Source of the DNA: Octopus bimaculoides
Lineage: Eukaryota
Length of the DNA: 64,000 bases
Direction of reading: 5' to 3'
Assembly (NCBI RefSeq): GCF_001194135.2
Contig: NC_068993.1
Span: 28,923,536-28,987,535, forward strand
Below the pieces are notes generated by a model, which saw only the letters and a program-made list of their open reading frames with translations, searched no databases and was not told where the DNA came from. Shown here in pieces: positions 12,847-25,109 of the stretch. How positions within the stretch are numbered: the stretch's first letter is position 1; the number at the start of each line of letters is the position of its first letter. The translations under genes and the position numbers were made by a program.

Positions 12847-13669
12847 GTGAATTTATCACTATCCCTTATTTTTTACTTGTTCTTCTTAGTGCTCTACACT
12901 ATGCATACTTCCCTTCTTTTAATTTATACTGTGTATACTTTTCCTTTTTTTATCATTCCATTATATGTAACCCCCCCCCCCCGTACTCTTTATCTGTCTT
13001 TGTATTATCCCCCTCATCCTTCGCCCTGGTGGTAAATAAAAGAAATAATTGTTGTTGTTATTATCATTATTGTTATTATTATTAATACTGTAGAGAAATT
13101 TCACTTAACCTGGACACTTTTAGATTTAAAACATTACAGCTAAATTAGGTAATGAAACATTACATATTACATTTTTTCACCAGGCCTCTACCCTATCCTT
13201 AATGCCTTGTCTAAAAGCTGTCTTTTTAGCCTCATGGGTAATGTTATTAAAGATTTGAGGGGCTGCCCTTCTGTGTGTTTGTGTGACACTGTTATTTAGT
13301 AGCTTTGTGAATACATCATTATCTACCCTGAATTAATTTTTATGCATGGGATTAATTTTTCACGATGGTAGTGTCAGAGCCAACCCAAGGGGCATAACTC
13401 TAATGAAGAAAAATTTTCCTCCCTAGATTTCTTCCATGGTTTTTTTATTTCATGTTTTTAGTGCACCCACAAACCAAATGTGACACTTTCAGACATCCAG
13501 TGGCCAAGACGCATTGCCATATTTTGCCTACCAATCCTTCTGGTGAGTGCTGAGATTGGATTTCCTAAATCCTTGTGGAAAAAACTAATTGGAAAAAATC
13601 AGCTGAAATAAGTCTATGATGTTGTACTGTAGCACACATATGAATGCACATACACATATATCAATGTAT

Positions 13670-13894
13670 GTGTGCCTTTCAGACTGTGTTTGTCCTCCAC
13701 ACCACTTGACAAGTGGTGCATTCCCGTAACTTAACAGTTCATCAAGAGACCAATAGAACGAGTACTAGGCTTTGGAAAAAAAGTAATGGTGGTGGGGGTG
13801 GGGCAGCTATTTGTTCAACTAAAATTCTTCAACAGTGCTCCAGCATGGCCATAGTTTAATGACTGAAACAAGAAAAACATAAAAGGTAAAAAAT

Positions 13895-13928
<34 letters not shown>

Positions 13929-14150
13929 GTCTATGACTTTTATCTTTAATTTCTTTTGGTCATAAAACTGAAGCCACACTGAGGCACTGCCTTGAAGAAT
14001 TTTAGATGAACAAATCGACTCCCAATACTTATTTTTATTTTTTTAAGCTTGGTACTTATTCTATTGGCCTCTTTTGCTAAAACGCTAACTTATGGGTGTG
14101 TAAACATCCCAACATTAGTTGTCAAGTGGTGGTGGGGGACAAACACAGAC
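13670..14150. mobile_element. Two 3' fragments of SINE family 2 in opposite orientation (13670-13870 +, 13975-14150 -)
   Basis: Both match the 3' half of the 14171-14540 SINE (tttgtcccccaccac...gtgctccagcatggcc). Confidence 0.7.
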
Positions 14151-14170
14151 ACACACAGATATTATATATA

Positions 14171-14540
14171 GGTGCAGGAGTGGCTGTGTGTAAGTAGCTT
14201 GCTTACCAATCACATGGTTCCAGGTTCAGTCCCACTGCATGGTACCTTGGGCCAGTGTCTTCTACTATAGCCTTGGGCCTACCAAAGCCTTGTGAATGGA
14301 TTTGGTAGATGGAAACTGAAAGAAGCCTGTCGCACATACACACACACACACATATGTGTATATGTTTGTGTGTCTGTATTTGTCCCCCCATCATCGTTTG
14401 ACAACTGATGTCGGTGTGTTTACGTCTCCGCAACTTGGCGGTTCGACGAAAGATACTTATAGAATAAGTTCTAGGCTTACAAAGAATAAGTTCTGGTGTC
14501 AATTTGTTCGACTAAAGGCAGTGCTCCAGTATGGCCGCAG
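14171..14540 (+). mobile_element. tRNA-derived SINE (family 2), full length with internal (CA/TG)n
   Basis: Head ggagtggctgtgtgtaagtagcttgcttacc...ggttcagtcccac; body gtgtcttctactatagcc...gaaagaagcc. Confidence 0.85.
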
Positions 14541-14839
14541 ATCATACTGGAGCACCTTCTCTCACTCTATACCAAACTATATTTAAAGAAAACTTCAATG
14601 AAAATCTCCAGACATGTTCTTAACCCCCAGATCTGCTTGTATTTCAAATTTTTATAAATTTTATAAAAATTTCAAATTTTTATAAATTTTTACTGATATT
14701 TGATAAGATGAGATTCATCATAACAAGTAATATTTTCTTTATAAGATTTTTAAAATAATTTTTATTAAATTCCCTCTTAAATTGAAATGTCTTAGACTTA
14801 CTTCTGTGCTATTTCCACCTCCATCTTTTACACACATAT

Positions 14840-14893
14840 CATCATCATCATCATCATCGTTTAACGTCCGCTTTCCATGCTAGCATGAGTTGG
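14840..14893 (-). mobile_element. RTE 3' terminus running into an assembly gap
   Basis: (atc)n gtttaacgtccgctttccatgctagcatg. Confidence 0.8.
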
Positions 14894-15164
14894 NNNNNNN
14901 NNNNNNNNNNNNNNNNNNNNNNNNNNNNNNNNNNNNNNNNNNNNNNNNNNNNNNNNNNNNNNNNNNNNNNNNNNNNNNNNNNNNNNNNNNNNNNNNNNNN
15001 NNNNNNNNNNNNNNNNNNNNNNNNNNNNNNNNNNNNNNNNNNNNNNNNNNNNNNNNNNNNNNNNNNNNNNNNNNNNNNNNNNNNNNNNNNNNNNNNNNNN
15101 NNNNNNNNNNNNNNNNNNNNNNNNNNNNNNNNNNNNNNNNNNNNNNNNNNNNNNNNNNNNNNNN

Positions 15165-15214
15165 GAGTTTCGGATGCTAGGGTGGGAGACCACGCCAACA
15201 TCTCTTCAGTTATC
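15165..15214 (-). ncRNA. Hammerhead ribozyme motif (type I, Penelope-type); 3' part lost in gap
   Basis: Minus strand gataa-CUGAAGA-gauguuggcgugg/ccacccuagcauc-c-GAAA-cuc[gap]; same family as 57940-58009. Confidence 0.65.
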
Positions 15215-15470
15215 CGGCCAATTGAAAATTCCTGTGAAAAATGACTGTTAAAAACAAAGGGAAATTACTGTGTAGTGACAAAACACGTCTAAAACTGCGT
15301 ATATTATCGCATGCACGCATATATCCATATACGCACGCACATTTCTCTATATACGAAACTTGGAGTTTTATCATGGCTACTGAATAAGTGTCACATATTT
15401 CTACAGATAAATTCTATTTGCATAATATCGAGGTCTCTTTCTTTCTTTTGTTGTCCTTCCTGTCAAATAT
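15165..15470. mobile_element. Penelope-type pseudo-LTR fragment with inverted partial copy
   Basis: 15165-15290 is homologous to 57955-58080. 15355-15410 is an inverted copy of the pLTR 3' end. The fragment ends at (TA)n. Confidence 0.6.
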
Positions 15471-15488
15471 ATATATATATATATATAT

Positions 15489-16720
15489 ACTAGCAAACAA
15501 GCCCCTCCTTTGGACAGTTTAAGTTGCTTTGGTGATATTTTTTTACCAAATAATTGAATTACCGAGAAAGTTTATGAGTAGCACAGCAATTTATGTTTCC
15601 AATTAACCTAGGAACAGAAAATCAAATTGAAAGCTGGTTATTGTGTATGTCTTGCACTTTAATGATCATAGAACATATAAGTTTGCAAGTGATGCAAAGT
15701 AAAGTTACTGAAGTGATTTGGGAGTAGATTATGGATAATAAGTACAAAATATAGTTGTTTTACATGAAAGCAAAATTTCTTGTCAGAAACAGCCACATAA
15801 ATGGTAAGGAAATTGAAGGAAGACATTGAAACTTCCTCTGCGAGTTTATTTTATTCAACAGCAAAGGGAGCTATTTTTTCGGTGAGATAAGCTAACAAAA
15901 ACCCCTTTATTCTGTCTTCCCACAAAGCTTGTGCATAAACTAACAGCAAATGCTGCATAAAGTTAAATTGGTATGGGGCTCTCTGAAAGACATGTATAGC
16001 TTTCGCTGGTGGAAGTAAAACTCTAAGTTAAAGGTTGATGCTTTGGGATGAATCATATGTGATTGTTTAAAAAGGCTAGAACAACAATACTAAAATGTAT
16101 TTGAAACAATGGACAACAGTCAAAATATCATAATGGATGGGTAAATAAGCATCCTTAAAGTGAAACAACGTATTGGTAGTTAAACAAAGGTATCAACAAA
16201 TAGAAGAGAGGGAAGGGAACATCACCTTTCAAGTAACTCAGAATAGGTAAAGATAAACTTGCCAAAGTTTAATGCAGTTTAAATATGGAGATTAAGATTG
16301 TTTGGTATTGGATATTCATCGTGTACATTGTTCCTAGTCAATTTAATAACTATCACAGATGGACAGTTGAAATAAATAAATAGACAAAATCCTTTCACTT
16401 TTATAAAAAATTAAAAAAGTATGGAAGACCATACATACAAAAAATCTATGTCCATTTATGCAGGAGCTCTGGGCAAAATGTTATAGTGCATGACCATCCT
16501 TGGGATATAAGTAATGTGTGTGTACAGTTTGGTGAAAATCGGTTGGGAATTGTGGAAATGTATGCATTCAGTGTTCCTAGTAAATTTAATCACCATTGCA
16601 GGTGGACAGATGAAATAAATAGACAAAATCCTTTCACTTTTATGAAAAAATTTTAAAAGTATGGAAGACTATACATAAAAAAATCTGTCTATTTATGCAG
16701 GAATTCTGGGCAAAATGGGC
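15489..16720 (-). mobile_element. Helitron/HINE-like repeat with a 243-bp tandem duplication
   Basis: Minus-strand 3' end ...CTAGt at 15489 beside a degenerate hairpin; agtttggtgaaaatcgg motif; duplicated units start at 16329 and 16572. Confidence 0.45.
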
Positions 16721-16908
16721 CTATGTGACTTACAACCATCCACACATACAACCACAAAAATAAAAGATAAAAATCAATTTTCAGATATTGGTTAGCTGCA
16801 TGTTACAATAACTATGACAATGCAGGCCTGCCACTGTCCCTCACTCAGCTGTTTTCAAGCAACAGTTGAGTATAGATTTGTTACACTTGTATCTGAAATA
16901 CCCCTAAA

Positions 16909-17001
16909 ATGACTGGTAAAAAGAAAATGCCTTCATCTACAGATGCACCAGCTAAGAAGTCAAGGAAGGCTATTGATTTAGAATGTAAAATGAAAAGCTG
17001 A
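16909..17001 (+). pseudogene. Tigger/pogo transposase N-terminal fragment (psq-type HTH)
   Basis: MTGKKKMPSSTDAPAKKSRKAIDLECKMK resembles the K-R-K-A-I-x-L-E-x-K start of Tigger/TIGD proteins. Confidence 0.6.
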
Positions 17002-17341
17002 GCATATCATTCAAGATGTTGTGCATTGTTATCATAAGATATATGACAGAAACAAAAAGAAAAAACTATCCACACGAAAGCTCACCATGTTTCTTGAAAA
17101 ACCATCTACCAAGAACATGACTGTGAAGGTAAAAAAATTTACTTTCATTTGCACATTTTTCACAGGAACAATTTTTTTTATTGTATGCGTGTGGAATGGA
17201 TTTCTTTGGGGTGGGATGCCTGAACTCGCTAGCCGATGAATNNNNNNNNNNNNNNNNNNNNNNNNNNNNNNNNNNNNNNNNNNNNNNNNNNNNNNNNNNN
17301 NNNNNNNNNNNNNNNNNNNNNNNNNNNNNNNNNNNNNNNNN

Positions 17342-17402
17342 CAAATCGTCCAACCCATGGAAGGCGGACGTTAAACAATGATGATGATGATGATGATGAT
17401 GA
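17342..17402 (+). mobile_element. RTE 3' terminus with (GAT)n tail, abutting the Tc1 left end
   Basis: caaatcgtccaacccatggaaggcggacgttaaacaatgatgatgat. Confidence 0.8.
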
Positions 17403-17405
17403 TTC

Positions 17406-18837
17406 ACACTATTATCCAAAAGTTTAAGATCACCTACATATTTCTTGACAGTAAGCCTTTTAGGGAATGTTGTCAAAAGCTTTTTAGTGTCCACTTTTTA
17501 GTGTCCACTTTTTAGACACATTGCCATACATTTTGATTATCTACACTTCTCATGTGCTGTCGGTTGAGAAAACATCACTTAATGACTGTGCTAAATGTGT
17601 TATTGTTTCCTTCAGGTTCAATTATTAAACATCAGAAAATTAGTAAAATTTCTAAAAATCAACCTAAATATGGGCAAGACCAGTAATTTATCATCTGAAA
17701 AGAGACAAAGCATTATCACATTACGTAGTGAAGACTACAGTTTTCAAGATATAGCCGAAAAAGTAAAAATTTTCTACATTGCCGTCCATTACGCCATTAT
17801 AAGGTATAATGAAACAGGAAAAAATAACAACAGAGCTTGATCAGGTCATCCAAAATTGACTTCTAAATCACAGGATAAGTTCATCATAGTCATCAGTCTT
17901 TGGAACAGGCACCTGACAGCAAATGAAATCGCTGCACAAGTGAAGCCAGCAGAGCTAATGTGTCTCCTACAACCATGAAGAGAAAACTCATTGCTGCCGG
18001 TCTAAATGGCCATTGTGCTGCCAGAAAACCACTGCTTCAACCTGTGAATAAATGTAAGCGACTCATATGGACCAGAAAAACCTGGACTGTTGATCAATGG
18101 AAATGAGTCCTCTGGACTGATGAATCAAGTTTGAAATCTTCAGATCCCAGCGTATAGTTTATGTGAGGCAAAAAATTGGTGAACAGATGACTTTTGACTG
18201 TATAGTTCCAACTGGGGGAAGTGTGATGATCTGGAAATGTTTTGCAGGCAATAGTATTGGGGATATTCATTGGGTAACAAGAATATTGAACCAAAACAGG
18301 TATCACTCTATCCTCCAGTGTCATGCTATTCCATCTGCGATGAGGCTGATCGGTGATAATTTCGTGCTGATGCAAGATAACGATCCTAAACATACTTCTA
18401 AGCTATGCAAAAACTATTTACAGAAGAAAATGGATGCAACAAATTGACTGTAATGGAATAGCCAGCCCAACCCCATCGAAATTGTGTGGGATGAATTGGA
18501 TTGCAGAGTCAAAAAACAACAACCAAGTAGTGCAGAAATGCTCTGGACACTCTTACAAGAGAAGTGGGAAAATAATACCAGCAAAGTATTTGCTTTCATT
18601 GGTCAAAAGAATGCCCAGAGTATACTCCACAGTGATCAAGGGCAAGGGCAGATTTTTTTGATGAGTCTAAGATTTAGAGTTTTTCATTCATTTTTCATAG
18701 TTTTGTTTAGTTGCTGAATTAATTATGTCATCCAATGAATGTAGCTATACATTAATAAAATATTTCACTAGAATCTCAGTTATTTCCATTTTGTAGATGT
18801 TTTTTTAAAAATAAGTTTAAGTCATCTTAAACCTTTC
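17406..18837 (+). mobile_element. Tc1-like (DD34E) transposon, defective
   Basis: Transposase from ATG 17670: MGKTSNLSSEKRQSII, LWTDES, GGSVMIW, MQDNDPKHTSK, EIVWDELD, KRMPRV. The TIR part caaaagtttaagatcacc matches the reverse complement at 18820-18837; the right end runs into a gap. Confidence 0.9.
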
Positions 18838-19407
18838 NNNNNNNNNNNNNNNNNNNNNNNNNNNNNNNNNNNNNNNNNNNNNNNNNNNNNNNNNNNNNNN
18901 NNNNNNNNNNNNNNNNNNNNNNNNGGGAAAATACTATGAATTAAGGCTCCCCTGAAATGTGAATACAAATGGAATAAAACAAGTTTTGCATAAATCAGAC
19001 AACTGTTTGTTGAAATATTAGGGGTTTTCAGGGTATAAATACACAAAACGGTGCATAATGAGAAAATACTCCGAAAATAACTTAACCTTGAAAGGGAAGA
19101 AACTCTAACCTTTCGATTAGACACATTAGTGACTTGACAATGAAAAAATACGAGTTGTTTTTTACAGTAAATGTTTCTATTTTCGCTTTTGTTAACACAA
19201 TATTTCAATCATTTAGAAATATTTTTAAGAGAATGTGATTTCAAAAATGTAAGGTATTTGTACAGTAAGTATTTATATTTTAGCTTTCTTTAAACAGACA
19301 ATATTTTTATGCTTTTTTAAATTATTTTCAAATGAATACCATTACAAAAATTTTTTTTGGCATATTTGAAAAGTATTTTAAACAGAAAATGACTTTAATA
19401 GTACAGT

Positions 19408-19884
19408 AAATATTTTGTAAAAGACCCATTCGTAACCGCGGTGTGAAATAAATTTTTTCCATAGTTTTTTTCCAAGTACATTCAATATATCTCACCTCCA
19501 AATATTTGGCTGCTATTTCTAGCACGCCCTACTACCATGTAACGGCTATTTGTGATAAAAGGCCAGAAACACCTGTTACATGGCATGCAAGAAATAGTAG
19601 CCAAATCTTTCCTTTTCTGGGGAAAGGAACCGTTTACACGTGATTTTGGTGTCACATTTGTTGAAAGCATGCAAAATAACCTGGAAAAGAAAAAACAAAA
19701 CTCACAAAACAGAATTCTGTTGGTGGGAAACTCCAAGGTTCCCACAACCCTTCCCCCTTTTCTTTTCCAGAAGAAAGTGGCTTGCGGTGGGTTTGGAGGT
19801 GAGATATATTGAATGCACTCGAAAAAGACCTGTGCAAAAAATTATTTCACACCGAAGTATGAATGGGTCCTTTATGAAATTTTT
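19408..19884. mobile_element. Non-coding element with ~95-bp inverted repeats (MITE-like)
   Basis: gacccattcg...ctcacctccaaa (19423-19502) is the reverse complement of tttggaggtgag...gaatgggtc (19792-19869). Confidence 0.65.
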
Positions 19885-20029
19885 ATCCAAGATCAGGACA
19901 GACATGCGAATAGAAGGGTTGATATGACTGATAAAGCAAGGGCTGAGCGTCTGGTGGAATAGAGGGAAAGAGACGTGTGTTTTTCAGGTACCCTGAACTA
20001 TTGGTGATCCAACGGGTCAAGGATAGTCT

Positions 20030-20031
<2 letters not shown>

Positions 20032-20097
<66 letters not shown>
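20032..20097. repeat. (CA)n microsatellite followed by a minus-strand SINE head (20100-20225)
   Basis: Direct read. Confidence 0.9.
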
Positions 20098-20100
<3 letters not shown>

Positions 20101-21944
20101 AGATACATACAGCAGGCTTTTTTTGTTTCTAATTACCAAACTATCTCACAAGGCTTTAGCTGACCTGGCACTATAGTAGAAGACATGCAATGGGACTGAA
20201 CTCAGAACCATGGGCTTGGGAATACATGCACACTTGAATCTAAATATATATAAACTTGTACACACAGATACTCATATACATTCAAAGACAAATAAATATA
20301 CATACATGCTATACAACACACACACACACACACACAAATATATATATATATAAATACATACACATATAGATTCAACAGATGAAATCCAGAGATTCTCAAT
20401 ACAGAAAACACTTACTGGCACTCAAATGATTCAAACTTAGACTCTGACATCTTTGTGAGAAACCAAGTATATGGAGAAAAGAGAGGTTATGAGAGGAATC
20501 CAGGTGTGCAGATATGGAGACCTTATGCATATAAACAAATAAAACAGCTTGGATTTTATTTCTACTTTAAACTTTTCTGCATCATGATCTGAAATGTAAG
20601 ATCTTTTTCTACCCTGAAGATGGGGGGGGGGGGGCTCCATTTATACAATGTTAACTTGTTTCCATTACTGGTGACATATTTTGGTGAACTACATCTACCA
20701 ATATTGGTATGGATCTCCGAGCTCCCAGAGAGAGCTGTCAGACTTTTAACACCTTACCCCCACCCCTTTAATTTTCTCTGTTGTTTGTACCCTGCGGAAG
20801 TTTGTCCTGTTAATATACAAATATCTATATATTTATACTTCAATATTAATTGTCTGAAAATTTTCAGCCTTTGCTTTCTTTCTATTTATATCAGAGGTGA
20901 CTCCATGTCATCAGTGTCACTTGGGCTCATCACAGATTTTGCCTAAGACACGTACATAAAAGAACATAAGAGACGTAATGCACGGATGATTTAACAGTAA
21001 GCAAGTTTGCTGCTTCTAATGAAAGAATGCCTCATATTTTTCCACAATATTTCTAGCCCCTAAATGGCTTATTTTTTTATATCTAGCACTATGTCTTTTC
21101 CCATTTCTAAGTTAAAGGTAAAAATAAGGCAACCATGCAAAACACAACTGACCTTTACACAGACGCACAGAATAATAGCAATCAGATAATGAAAGCAAAG
21201 TGCACATCAAGCATCAGTGATCTGACTGTCACCTGTACTCTTGACAAGAGATTTTAGTCCTTTACACCTTACCAGGCTCGTTCGTATTAGTCCAAGTTAC
21301 TATTGTATAACAGTAATCAAATAATGAAAGCAGTGTGCACAACAAACATCATCGACCTGACTGTTGCTTGTACTCTTGACAAGAGATGTCAGTTAGTCCT
21401 TTTCACCTACCAGGCTCATTCATATCAGCTTGAGTTGCTAGATATTTTTTTGTTCCTTTAAGAATATTGTAAAATGGAAACTTTTCATAGATTGCAATTT
21501 AAATCCTAATCTCTATAGAAATTTATTATTTCAGGAAAAAATTTTAATTTAAATTACTTTTAATTTTTACAATTATAGATAACAACTTGGGCTGTAACTT
21601 CTGAGCCCAAGTCAGGCATGTGTGAGCAATATTGAGAGAACGATATTTTTTGACACAGGACACCTCTAAGATGACTGCCAGACACTGAAGTAAAATAAAT
21701 GAACTGTGACCAGGCTCAATAGCCTGAGTTATTGGCTGCAATTACATACTTGAAGTCAGTGTTGGCAGAAATTAAATCGGTTTGTAAATACACACTCACT
21801 TTACCAAATTTATACTTGGGCTAAGCCCGAACAGCCTGAGTGCTAAAGTCACCACTGATTTACATGTATGTATATGTATTTTGTACATCAAATCCAAGCT
21901 GTTTTATTTGTTTATTTGCATAATTGTCTACACACACACACCTT

Positions 21945-22125
21945 AGCTCTTAGATCCTCCAGTCCTGTCAGTATGACAAACAATGAGCGTTCTCCAGACC
22001 TCCTGATTGCTTGCTTTTCTCTTGGCACCATTAAGCCAACTCCCAATTCTCTCATGTTATCTTGGAACATACTGTACCATGTCTTCTGTGGTCTACCCAC
22101 CAGTCTCCTTCCTCTTCTTAGCAAC
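21945..22125 (-). mobile_element. RTE C-terminal fragment (short-UTR subfamily)
   Basis: RRLVGRPQKTWYSMFQDNMRELGV is the RTE ORF2 C-terminal GRP..W motif. Confidence 0.7.
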
Positions 22126-22229
22126 CACCCCATCACAATATATACATATATATTATCCGAAATGTATAGTATTGAATATCCATCACGGCTGATCTTATCA
22201 ATCGGCTTCATGTAAAGCATACAATGGCG

Positions 22230-24960
22230 TGTTAGGTAAGAAACTGATTATATAACTATACGTTCATCAGAGTTAGCCAGTATGGAAGGGAATATGGTGA
22301 CTGCTCTCTATTGTCAGAGGTGGATTAGCACAACCAGCCAGAAGCTGCTGTGAAAAAGGTGGTGGAATGAAAAAGGGTCAGGGGACTAGTTTAGGAGTTA
22401 TGTCCCTTGGTTGGGTATGCTGTGAAACCAGCAAGAGTTATTTTGAAGTGGTGAAAGTATTATTAATGTGGTGCTCCTGTGGAGATGGGGTGTGTGGTAT
22501 GTGTAGTGATGTCATCTATAATTTTTTCCAGGGGTGTAGGTATATACAGCTATGTTCATTGGTCTGTTTTCTTTCTGTAATGGATTAAGTCATGTGGGGA
22601 GGGTTATGTTAGCATGTGTGTGTATATGTGTATATGTGGGGGTTCAATTTGTGTGAGGGTTGTGGGAGACAGATTATTTATAGGAGTGTGCATGTGTGTA
22701 TATGGGTACCTTGGCATGTGTACTTTGGTCAAACTCTTTTTGCTGGGCTCAAAGGCATTAGTAGAAGGTCGAGGCAGGGGACCTGTGGTTGCAGTCATGG
22801 TGGGGCATGCAGGTATGATGGAATGTACTTCCTTTCATGCAGGAAAGGATTAAACACCTCATTCCTGCTATTCAGGTAAACATCCAGGTGTTGCTCTCTT
22901 CTTAGCCAGGCATAATTTGCACTTCCTGCTGCTATTGAAGTATGGTTTGCATCTTTCTAAGATCTTCTACTTTATGCTGTACTCCATCGTGCTTTTTTTC
23001 AAAGTCCAGACGTGCTTAGCTAGGGTTGTGGTGTTACATCTCTCTGGGATGTTCAATGAGGACTTGTGGTTATTAAAGTTGGTTCTGAAGGAGTCTTCCA
23101 TTGCCCCCTAATACTTCCGCATGCTTTATTGTCCAATGGGTCCTGTTGCTGTTATTTCTGCCTCATAAACAACTGTTTCCATATTGCACAAGTTGACAAG
23201 TTGTGCTACCCTGTATGAGCATCCTGCCTCAGCCTCGGGTCTGGGCCTACCTACTAAAATCTTTTTTACACTGGGTGCACAGCTAAAGGATAATCTCAGG
23301 GTGTGTCTATTAAATATTTTGTTGAATCTATTAGTACGGGTGAAGTGTCTGTCAACTAAACTAAGGAAGATCTTACCTACTCTGATCCTAATGTTTAAAG
23401 TGAATGGCAGCGTGAACCACAGTACTTTCTGGTGGCGCTTTCTCTTGTGGGGGCTAGGGTCTGGCATGTAACTAATATTATCCTTGAAACCGTTGACAGC
23501 CAAGCACCCGGTTGTAGTACGAGTCAGCAGCATCAAAGATTTCTTTACTTGAAAACAAGCTGGAGATTCTCCTACTGACACTCTTAACCAGCTTCCTGAA
23601 CACTATGGCTGGATGGCAGGAACCTGTGTTAATGTAAGACAACTTCTCATTTGGTTTCCTAAAGAGCTATAGGCACTGGATTCCAGGTCTAGGGTCATGT
23701 CAAGGAAATCTACCATTTTCAGGTTGGTCTCTATAATGACCTTCAGTCTGAGGGAGTTTATGGTACTTGCTGAGGTCCTTTCTGAGCCTATCTAGCATGT
23801 GGCCATTAGCCTTTCTTGATATTACCAGTGTGCCATCCCTGTAGAGGCCAAAGCTAGTTGAAGGGAATTTCTTTTTCAGTATATCTGGAATGAAGAGACC
23901 AACTAGGTCACATACATCCGCACTGTCAAAGGCACCCATTGCCACATTGAAGGAACCCTCTGAGTCAGTGCATTTGGTCCAAGCAGACCCCTTACTGAAG
24001 ATAGGGTTCTTCTGACATGCATGATAATGTGTATGCCCTCGTCACTGACTTCTGTATGGGCCCTAGCAAAATTCAGTGATTTTAACAGGAGCTCCCTTGA
24101 TATAGATGGGTAGAAGTCCACTATATCAAATTGGGTAAACCTAGCTCTACCCCTACCATTGTTGGCCTTAAATCATGTAATGACTTCATTAGTATTGTGC
24201 CATGGGGTGAGGTCAGAGGCGTTTCTAACACCATTACTGATCTTCTTGATGAGCTGTTTGCTCACCTGTCTGATATCAGACTTTGCTGGATTTATCAACC
24301 TGCATTTACGGTTAGAGGCAAAGTTAGGCTTATGATCCTTGATTGTTATGAAGGCCTCTTTCTTCACCAGCATTTCTATCCTATCTTCGATGTCTAGTTT
24401 AAAAGCTATATTCTCTGGCCTCCTGGTTAATACCATTGTACGTCTGGTGGGTAGCCCTTTTGTATACCTGTGTAATGCTGTTGTTAAGGAGGTGTGTGTA
24501 TGTGTCATTACTTACTCTTTATAAATTTTTTGTTTTGTCGGAGAAGAGAATGGTCCTATCAGAAGATTTAAGCTTGCGGATGTCTGCTCTAAGTTTACTT
24601 TGGAAAGGGTTTGAGGACTTACGAAATTTCAGGTGGGATATGTTAACAGGTATCATATATATATACATATATGCACACTCACACATATGCACATGCACAA
24701 ACACACACATATTTACACATATACACAAAATACATACATGCATACAAATAACAAGATGCTTATCAACCTGTCTGAATCAAAGTATGGTTGAACTAGGATC
24801 CTTGGAGAAAAAACTAAGATTTATAATTGTACAGATGATCAAGGCATCTGGGGTTTTAAAAATCTGAAAGGTGAATAGTTGTGCATGCTCATAAAGTGAA
24901 CAACACACATTAAAAGAAAACCTTTTGTATAGCATCTTTCCACTGAGCTGAGTCTGCATA
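22230..24960 (-). mobile_element. Penelope-like retroelement, Naiad-type RT + GIY-YIG, decayed
   Basis: KLRADIRK..SDKTKNL, CRLINPAKSD, DFYPSIS, MGAFDSADVCDLVGLFI, GLYRDG, WFTLPF..VGKIFLSLVDRHF, VVYEAEI, CKLCLAKK. Confidence 0.88.
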
Positions 24961-25109
24961 AAATAAACTCAACAACTCACTACAGAAAGAAAAGCAAACA
25001 TGCTTACACATAAACACATACATGTGCACATGCATATACAACCACACACACCCAATAGAATTTTTGGTCAGCCAATCTGTGACAAAATTAGAGAAATTGA
25101 AATAAAATT

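Larger units (their letters stand above)
7720..13060 (+). mobile_element. Tx1/L1-clade LINE (copy A), near full length, decayed
   Basis: ORF1 starts at 7933 (Asn-rich, then an RRM-like block). ORF2 starts at 9656. T/C-rich 3' UTR ends in aataaaagaaataa. Confidence 0.9.

Noticed and set aside
13420-13450. cuaauga-agaaaaauuuuccu as a hammerhead remnant
   Set aside because: The core is mutated and GAAA is missing.
20437-20640. SPYLHTWIPLITSLFSIYLV as a cationic amino acid transporter-like segment
   Set aside because: The resemblance is only superficial, there is no compatible splice structure, and other frames are equally plausible.
22240-22285. Minus-strand CUGAUGA in the 3' region of the first Naiad
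   Set aside because: No GAAA or stem III follows; at best a destroyed remnant.
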